Shown here one piece after another: positions 54,830 through 64,000 of a stretch of DNA of 64,000 nt. Made by a program: the position numbers and the translations under genes. Every line of letters starts with the position of its first letter. Position 1 is the first letter of the stretch. The notes beneath the pieces were generated by a model. That model had not been told where the DNA came from. It saw nothing but the letters and a program-made list of their open reading frames with translations, and did not search any database. The DNA comes from Patellaria atrata CBS 101060. Its lineage: Eukaryota. The stretch lies in contig MU006094.1 in assembly GCA_010093705.1 (NCBI GenBank), forward strand, positions 48,020-112,019. The letters run 5' to 3'.

Positions 54830-57800
54830 ACGAACAAGGCAAACTGGTAAACTGTTTTTGCTCCAGAATTGTCCTTACGATTTGCATCAACCTTACCATA
54901 TGCACTCATCGATGCATGGCCAAAAGTTTTACACCTTGACCCCTTCCCCCCGATGGTCTAGCCCAGTCCTCCTTTTAATTACTGACACGAGCTGCCAGAT
55001 GGGCCTCATCATCTAAAACTGTCTCGAGCTTTGCCAGAGCTCTGCCAAAGCTTTGCGTCTTTCTATCCCCACGATCCCGTTGTACGCGATACCCCTCCTT
55101 TAGGATCCTCTAGTGGTCGTACGGTATAGTACCGATTGTATAGTACCGTATCTCCCGTCGTGTGGTTACTAAGTTGATTTGCATGCTTCTCGGTCTCCCC
55201 CCATGCTTTGCTCACTCTTTTCGTCTACTCACCTCAATCCCTTTCCCCAGACCTCCTTTTCGTCCGTCTTTCTTCACGCAGCATTAAGAAAGTCAATATC
55301 TCTCGGCATCTCGGGTTATACAACAGTTTACTGCTTCTATATCCCTATCCATCGAGCTGCAGATTTGTCACAAGCGTGAAGCAGCAATTCTCCGTGAAGA
55401 CACTGGAGACTATCTTATTGACCATTGTACTAGTACGATACCGTAACCTCAGAGCAGTTCCGAAGTATACTACCAATCAAGCCTCAGCTCGTCTGAATGT
55501 GGAATTCACTTGTGGGTGGACTTACGAGAATGAGCGATGGTGTATATCTCTGAACTTCCGCCGTAGCTGACCTTAAAACTGTTTAGCGTCGCAGGGGACA
55601 CCACAATCTATTTTTCCATCTCATAAGTGGCTCTTTTGTTTTCAAGCGGTAAGCAGTAGCAATATCTTCTTACTACAAAGAATGTCTATATTCAGCCTCA
55701 GCGGGAAGCTCTTGGGAAACTAGAGCCTCCGGGCAGCGTCTGATGGATCACATCGTTCCTGTGCCTTGCTGCTTACGGATGCGATTCCTCTTTCCGTCTA
55801 CATGGAGCGGCATCCAACTCGCAATATTCATCAAGCATGCTGCAATTGTTTCCTTTCATATTTTGAGCATTTATCCTAGCTGCTGCAGCTACGGCACACA
55901 ACGCGTCCATTTTTGACTCTTGATCGCAAGCATAAGCCCTGTCTCTTCGAATGTTTCCGCGATAATTTAAGAAGTGATGTCATTTGGGAAGAGAGTATAC
56001 CAGAGGGTGAACTGGTTTATACAGTAAACTGATAACAACGCGCAAACCAAGGATGAATTATTCAGTATGCTGTGTAGCATATGGTAGGAGGCTCAACATG
56101 TTGTGCCTCTAATACATAACTTCTAAATCTGGATAGAGGACCCTTTTTTTATTGCATCTTCACTAATAAGAACAGTTTAGATGTTTAGGATACTATGATC
56201 TGACAGGAGTCGACCAATAAGATATTCCCAGGATGACCGTAGGGCCGCGCGGGTCCTGCAGCAAGGCGGTTGTACGACCGGAAAATCGAGTGAAGGATCA
56301 TCCCCTGGATTAGAACTACCTGCATCCCGCATATCGAGCGAGTACCTCCACCGCTCAGGCTGAAAGCTTGGCCATTCCCCGAACCAACTGGGGATATGTG
56401 GGATCGATGGTTCTGATTCTCTACACCGATCCGCAAACATAATCCTACGCGAGTCACTTCGACCATTTACTCTGTACCAAAAGCGGACCTCCACAGTCCA
56501 TGTACTACTGTATACCTTACCCCCTAGGGTTATCATGTACAGGTGCCGTTACTGTACTAGGATCTCTGCAGTCCTGTCTCCCGTCCTCTCGGGTTGTACT
56601 CTCTATGGAAATGCAGTAATGAACAGAGACTGTACTTTGCAGGTTGCCGCAATAACCGAAGATTGAAGACGTCTGCCGTGTCATTCATAATGTCGCGTAA
56701 GTCTCATCTAGCGCTTGTATCTTGATACTGACTGCGATGGTGGTAACTATTGTCGATTTACTAAGTATCTCTCCGTCATCGTCGATTAGTACTGAGCGTT
56801 GATGTACACAAGGTAAATCTTCAAGTATACCTATTCAATATCAGATGATTAAATTCTCCATTGCGCCTCTGACAATTCTCTGGACCTGGTGCTACATTTC
56901 ACTCTTCGCCCGGACCGGGAATGTATCCTAGGGTCGATATCACCTCCAGAAGCTCGGACATCCCCAATGATGCCGTTGAGAGATTCGAGCGGGAAAAAGA
57001 ATCCAGATAGAGATTACAGAAACAATATTTCCGTAAGACCGTAGAGACCACTCTTTTCGAGAACAATTAGGCCCTCCGATTCTGCAGAGCAATACCTAAA
57101 TACTGCCATTACTGTCATAATTGTGGCGACCGAGTCGAATCAGCGATTTGCTCACGACTCTCCCACCACGACTTTCGACGAATTCGTGCGACACGATTGA
57201 TTTTGTATTACTCATCTTTCATTTCACCAAGTGGACGGGATCTGTTCGGGTAGAACAACTGGTTCTAAAGGTGTACCAATGCAAGATTTACGTCTTCAAA
57301 ATCGCCCGGGACGGCAGAGTCTGTTAGGATGATAGTGTACTATACAACGGTCGTCAACCTTTGGCAGTTTAGTTGCTACTTGCTAGCCTAGGTGCAGCCC
57401 TATATCGATAGGCACGATAGGCACAAGCCTCCAAGCACGCAATTTAGCCTAAGCCAGCTAACCTTATGCTTACAAAGTCACAAGGACGACTCTCAATAAT
57501 ATTGGAACTCCACAGTAAAAGACTCACTATAGCGATCAAGACGCTATATTGCTGTTGTGTAACTTCAGACTCAATAACTTTCCGGCCTCTAACATACAGA
57601 ATTCTCCACATCTGTTTACTACAATATCCTGTACTTCTACAGGGGCCCATCACCGAGACCGAGCAGCAACAGCACGAGCGAAGCTAGGGAAGTCATACCA
57701 TTTGAGAAGTCACGGAAAACATCCAACCGGAGAATACTTTCCATGGAGATACCTAAACGCTTCAACATGTACATTTTCCTTTCGAAGTCAGATCAGCAGA

Positions 57801-60102
57801 AAATCAGAAGATCGTTTCTCTTCAGAATACCTCCAAAACGTCCGTAATTCGAGCGAGCCCTAAAGCGGTCAAGTCACCGCCATTTGAAGTCGAATTCACA
57901 TGTTGCCCATCAATAAACGTCGTTCGACCGGGTTCCTACGACCAATGATTTATCGTCCGATAGTCATGCTATAGTTCAACATAACACGTTGTTGCTTGAT
58001 TCGAAAGGGGATAACGAGTCCATAGGTATGAGCCGTCTTGCTACCCCACGGAATGCAAGAAAAGCCCTACATTTCTTCCTCTAAGATGTACCAAATTGGT
58101 CGCAATGAATATCTATACCGGACCTTTTCTGAAAGCGAACCATATTTTGCCAGGAACATTCTCACTGGACCGCCACCACAGAGAGATTGCTGCACCGAGC
58201 AAAACAGCTTTCAGTAACACATCCAGACCAATTCACCCGTCGCGAAACGTTCATCATCACTCAGCGGACAAACACATATGATCGTCGTCGAGTCCAGCCT
58301 CTTCACCAGTGAAGTCTCCACGAAGCCTCCGCAAACAAGACTGAACCCACGTTCCAAAAATCGAACCGTCCTCCGCAAAGCTTACATCTCCGTCTTTCTG
58401 ACTTAGATACCAGGGCTCATCACTTCGCCTTTCCTCGATCTAGATTCATTCCCGTCACTCTAGACAGTTATTCTTATCCATAGTCCCTTCATTGATCTCA
58501 TCCGGATCTTTCCTCTACGCGCCTTGATTCCTTCACTTTTCGAACTACCACTGCTTCCTCTTCCGCAAGCTTAACGCTGCCCGCACCGAGTCATCCCCGC
58601 TATACCCCCCTACCACAGTCCGATCATATCTCCTTCTCGTAGTACCCTGCGCATGGTAGCCTCATCTGTGTCACTAGAGCAACCAACTTCTGAACCTCAA
58701 TCCTAACCTATTGACTCCATCCCAAACTTTCACCACCGAGGATCCGATGCAACATTCAATCTAGCTGACACATACGCCCAACCGACAAATGCTTCAATTG
58801 GTTACGCCGGCGTCAGTCCTATCACTCACCGGGCATCCCCAGCTGGTTTGCAGTGATGCACGGCATGCCGAACGTGGCTGATGCAGTAAACTTTCGACCA
58901 GTCGCAATACTACATTCCTCCGCTAGATCGTTGTCTCGTTAAGGTACAGCGATCGGATAGATAGTATCGAAGTCTCCGGATACGTGATGACATCCTCGAT
59001 TCCCGGTACTATTTATCAGATGGCTGTGCGCGTTACCGAGACAACGATATCAAAGGAGAAAGAAGGTGCCGCACCACGTTGAAAGGGAACTATATTTCAC
59101 ACAATCGACGTTTATCCGAACATTACAATAGGGGTTCCGAGCCTCACCATGCGGGTGGGCTGAGTACGACTATCCCCGGAGGATCATCAACGCTGAAAAG
59201 ACGTAATTACTTTCACCAGGTCTAACATGGGTGCAAAGGTCTGAGCGTCCCAACATGAGGTAAGTACATCGCACGTGAACGAATTCCTTTTGCATATAAG
59301 TCAAGCATACTGGATAATGAGATTTCCCGACAGCGAGGTGAGTTGTCCTTCGGCGTATAACCCGTTTTCCTCAGTGAGTATCCCCCCGTTCACTGCACAG
59401 TCAATGTGTGCTATGGATAGTAAATGCCATTCGACTTATCACATCGGTCCATTAGTATTACCGGCTATGGAAAATCCCAAACCGGAAGGTAAGGAAGGAT
59501 TTAGTTGTCTGGCCTAACAGAACGGAGAACATACCTGCTCACTCAGGGGTTGATAAAACTCTAAACCTCGATCGACGAAGCTATTCATTTCACCGATACT
59601 GGATAAGTATACCTCATCAGCTCTCGTATTAGGTTCACGAAATGTCAAATGGGATTCCCTCCGCTAAGAGTTCGATTATACCCCTTTTCAGCGACGAGAG
59701 ATCAACGCGAAGCAACAAGTACTGTACTGCACAACAGAAACACATTTATACAATCCGACCGCAAATATCCAGCGCAAATCAATTGCGTCCCTCCGTCCCA
59801 GCACTGCGACCCTACGCAAGTACACTCGCTCTTCCAACACGCCGCCTGACTCCAGTACGCACCAACTGCAAACTACACCAAGGCGTACTGTACTTTACCG
59901 TGCACGCGCCAACCTAAAGATAGTTTGGAGTTCCGATGTCAAACCCGAAGATCAGCTGGCGACTGTACTGTATACTACAGTACAAGGAGTTGAGAAAGCG
60001 AGACGTGCCAGAGGGGATACAGGATATGCGGGTGAGTAGCCTTTTTCCAACCGGTGGGGTAGTGCGATAACTGCGTCGAGATGAGCTGTGGAAATACGCG
60101 TG

Positions 60103-60133
60103 CGATACGATACTATACGATACGATACGATGC
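60103..60133. repeat. pentanucleotide microsatellite (CGATA)n
   Basis: CGATACGATACTATACGATACGATACGATGC. Confidence 0.8.
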
Positions 60134-62885
60134 GGTGTGGTACAGGGGGGGGCAAAATACACTTACAAGTCCTGCGTATCGCGCGTGGTGTCGACGTTAT
60201 CTCCAACTAAACCTCGGGACTATAGGCTTGAGAGATACATAGATGCGATTTTATGTTTAACTCTCGCGTGCTTCTTCGACTGGTGAAGGTAGTACCGAAT
60301 ACTCCGCGCCGCGTAGATGTGAATTATGTCGATGCGAGGGAGGTAGATACTGTATGTATCATGTGGTGTAGAACCCGAAGGGGTGTCACGGCCCGATGTA
60401 AGGCCCGGAAGCTTCACACTGGATCGGGCCGCGGTGTGTGTGTCTCCGGAGGTGGGAGGTGGGAGGGGATTCGCATTTATTCCGCTGATGTGTAGAATGT
60501 GGCGTCCTGCCTGAGTGGTCCGGGTAGGTAGTCAGAGCCCGACCACAAGAATATTTCAGTGGCTGGTTGCGTAGACTATAAGAACCACCTCAGGGGGTGT
60601 CGTGTAGCGTAGATATTATCATACTCCCCTATACCCATTCATCGGTATGCGGGTTTAGGTCCCCGGGTAGTGGAATGTAACGAGAGACATATATGGCAGT
60701 CTTAGCAGTTTGAATACACAGATCCTCCTGTGTATATCTTATCCTCTTGCTCAAACAAACCACGGATGTCCCGATAAATAAACTCAGCCTGCAATACTAA
60801 CCCAGTCAAATGCCCCCACCCTCAACTTTTCCCCTAATCCTATCCTCTTCTTCAACCATAAAGACTCCCGTACGCCAAATCATCAGTCTCACTATACCCC
60901 ATTATTTGGACACGCTTCCTCATCACTTGTCATAAAGTCGATTCTATCTGGCCATGATATACCCAACCCCCTCCCCCGATAGTCAACACCCGACGGTCAA
61001 AGCATATATGTAAGCACCGAGAGTTTCGTATAGCCACCACCACCCCTCCTCCCTCCTCCCCAGCCTTCTCTTCCTCCCAACCTTCCCCACAACTCTTACT
61101 TCTTCCGGATTTCGACCGGATCCAGACGTGGTCTCGGTTCAGCTCTCGGATCCAGTTGCCTGGACTCTACTGTGCTCGTCTTTTTTGGTTTGGTCTGGAT
61201 TGATTTTGCAGAGGATATGGGGAGGGTTTTTCTTCGTCTGGCAGTCCTTAGGGTAGATGGAAGACGTCTCGGTTTTGTGTTCCGGGATGACTAGTATGAA
61301 CGGCTCGAGGTTCCGGGGCTATGGGAGAGTTGGTTGGTGCCTGAGTGACGTTATGTTTTGAAAGTTCGCGTGGTCGTTCTGTGTGAAGTAAACCCCTGCC
61401 CAGGTCTCCGCATAAACACAACCATAGCTACGTGTGCGGGATATGCAGGATATCAGGCCCGATGTTTGACCAGGTCGTCGATTGAGTTCTCAGAGGAAAC
61501 AGTGAGCGGAATACTATCTATTCTTACTGATATGTCCTCAGGTAGGTGCTCATGTAGTTTTTATTATAGATCCGCAGAATACGTCTTAGGAGGTCACGGG
61601 AAATTGGACCAGCACAGATATCGAAACCGAAGCTAGAATTGTTTGGTTGACTCCTAGTTGCGATAGAGGATAGGGAAGAATGGTCTGGATGGAATGTTCG
61701 TTGGGAAGCTCCGGATAACGTTTCGGGATATCCTCAGATGGTTTCGCAGGCGGTAGTTGTGTGTTGGTACCTTATGCTGTCAAGGCGTTTTGATGTTCCG
61801 CTTCTGTTCCCTTTTCGTATCAGTATATCAGCTATACTTTTTACTCGTCCCATCCTTCGAACCTTTTCCTATGGTTATCCTCGACCGTTCCGTGTGTTTG
61901 AGGGGTTTGAGAGAGATTGTATGATTGTTACAGCTTGAATGCTTATCGGAATTCGCCTACTTCGATAGAGCTCGTTAAACCATAATGATGAGATTCTATC
62001 GAGCTTGGTATAGAGAAATACGGAAAAGGGCCAGTGTACATATTTGAGATGATATCTGAAATGGTAGAAACTAGATTATTTTACCTCTTAAGCTGGTCAG
62101 CAACTCGTATATGATTTATGAATGATATTTGACATCTTTTTTCGGTTTTCTGTACTGAGACTCGATTGAAGCTTCCGGATCCGGTATTGGAGAGGTGCTA
62201 TATACCCTAATACTGAGGTTGCCATTGGTCAAGTAGCTTTGTAAGTGTTTTAAATGCGCTTGTAAAAGTTGAAGAATATTGTGTGTGAAGTGATTGTGAA
62301 AAGAGAAGGTGGTCAACAATTCTCTCCACGAACTCATGCTGAAAATGCTAGACCATAGATAGATTCTCCATCTATGGTTATCTCCCTATTACTTCCATGT
62401 TGGGGATGTTTGGTCCTCTCTTTCGGATACTCCTCAATGCACAAAAATAAGACTTGGATCACTTTTAGATTAGAATGCTGGATATGGTACATGTAGAGTA
62501 TTTCCAACCAGAAGTTTAGACCGTGATGATGCTGCATGTGGGCGAAAGCCGGATTCGTAAAAAAGTTCTGCGACCTAAAATGAAAATACAAGTTGTAGAT
62601 TTAGGGTAAGTGTTCCTTAAAACGCGAAAATGAATTTTTCGCAACCGGTTCATACTCTCCATTTCAAATTTTCATCCTGGGTCGTAAATTGATCTATCAC
62701 AAGACATCGGAAGGGAAATTGTCATCTCTATTCCTGCGATTGCAGACTCTATGGGTGCCGCTGGTTAAATCTGCGGAACAAAAACAATCGCCAGCCCTTT
62801 TGGTGATTAAAGTAGTACTGTATAAACTGTCATGAATCATGCTGAATTGCTACCGGCGTCGTATGCTTTGACTGGAAGAATGGAA

Positions 62886-63459
62886 TTATGATCGCTGCAT
62901 AGTACATCGTTGAAGCGCGTCTAGCAACTCTGGTCGGCTCGCCAACGCTGCGGATGCCTGGGCAAAAGTCATCCATTGTCTTGATCTCTTGTTCATCTCT
63001 GGCCAGACTTGTTCTTGCTTCTCCACGGTGGCTTCGAAGAAGTGGTACGCGGCTTTGGGTGCTTGGGTGGAGAGCTGTTCAGGTTTTCGTTGCTCCGCTA
63101 TGGTTCCCAGATCGTATGTGACCCTGACTACTATCCCTGCTTCCTCCCAGGCTTCCCGACAGGCAGCATCTTGTGCTGTAGCTTCGTCGGTTTCCCAACC
63201 ACCTTTGGGGAGGACCCAGCCTCCACGACGAGTGGACTGGATAAGGAGAACGTAATACTTGTCGGCTGATAGAGGAACAATGCCCGCAACGAGGCGTTCA
63301 CCGTTAGGCCCATAACCTATGTAACCGATCAGCCCCACAGATTTTCAATCATATCGATTTTGATGAATTTTTAGGAGAGTTCATCTGGGTCTCGTGATCA
63401 AACTTACGCTGGTTATTCCTCCCCGTTCGCGCCTCCATTGAGCGTTCTTGTTGCGCCAT
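62886..63459 (-). CDS. DDP1: Nudix hydrolase, diphosphoinositol-polyphosphate/diadenosine polyphosphate phosphohydrolase (Ddp1/Aps1)
   Basis: MEARTGRNNQR^YGPNGERLVAG, LIQSTRRGGWVLPKGGWETDE...AACREAWEEAG (Nudix box) and WPEMNKRSRQW. Intron ~63316-63408. Confidence 0.9.
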
Positions 63460-64000
63460 GAGTGAACCTTGAGTATCAGGTATGTGCCGTGGTAGCGAGA
63501 ATAATATGACAGCTTTTCAACACTTTTACCAACGTTTCAAGGCTCAAAGGAACAAGCAAATGTGGGAAAGAATGGTTAAACCTTTCGAGTGTCGTCTGGA
63601 GAAGGATAACGGTACGTAGCAAACACGATCAAGGTGAATTAGCACTTGTGGGAGGTTAATGCGAGATGATATAGGTGAAAAGGTAAAATCGAGGTGACAG
63701 CCTTCAGTCCCGCGGGGGACAGAGGGGCTGAAGGGATTTGGATGACCTTGAGAGGTAAGAGGAGTAAGGCATCGTGACAGGAGTGTTGTTTAGTAGTGGA
63801 TGAGGGTGGAAAAAAAAAATTGGCTGGGCTCTAAAAATGTCGTCCGGCGGAAGAGCCAAAGCATCAAGCGATTCAAGCCAATTCTTTCCCAGCTCAACCT
63901 GTCTCCCGATAGGCGCCAAGGGAAGACTTTCCGCACATGCGCATGTATTGTGTGCCTTAACGAGCATCTGAAAGACAGAATAATAATGACACGAATGCAG

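Overview
A 64 kb window of an intron-containing filamentous ascomycete (Pezizomycotina, probably Eurotiomycete-like) draft assembly with three N gaps. The first ~11 kb is accessory: two full-length but mutated Fot1/pogo (DDE_1) DNA transposons with TIRs and TA target-site duplications, then a pseudogene with an Ubl-vWA-E2(UBC) architecture and other decayed coding relics. The rest is mostly housekeeping genes: DSC3, ISA1, an FAD monooxygenase, UTP7, RVB1, BDF1, UTP5, a GH63-like glucosidase, NFU1, SEC6, homocitrate synthase and a DDP1/Aps1 Nudix hydrolase, plus a few orphan ORFs. The most interesting unexplained signals are: (i) a 1.2-1.6 kb non-coding region downstream of RVB1 packed with G-U-containing helices on the minus strand, a candidate large structured RNA and possibly telomerase RNA with a variant template; (ii) strong enrichment of the palindrome CGTACG along the first transposon; (iii) repeated C-rich to G-rich strand-skew switches that cut through coding sequence. 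All calls were made by eye, without searches or folding software.
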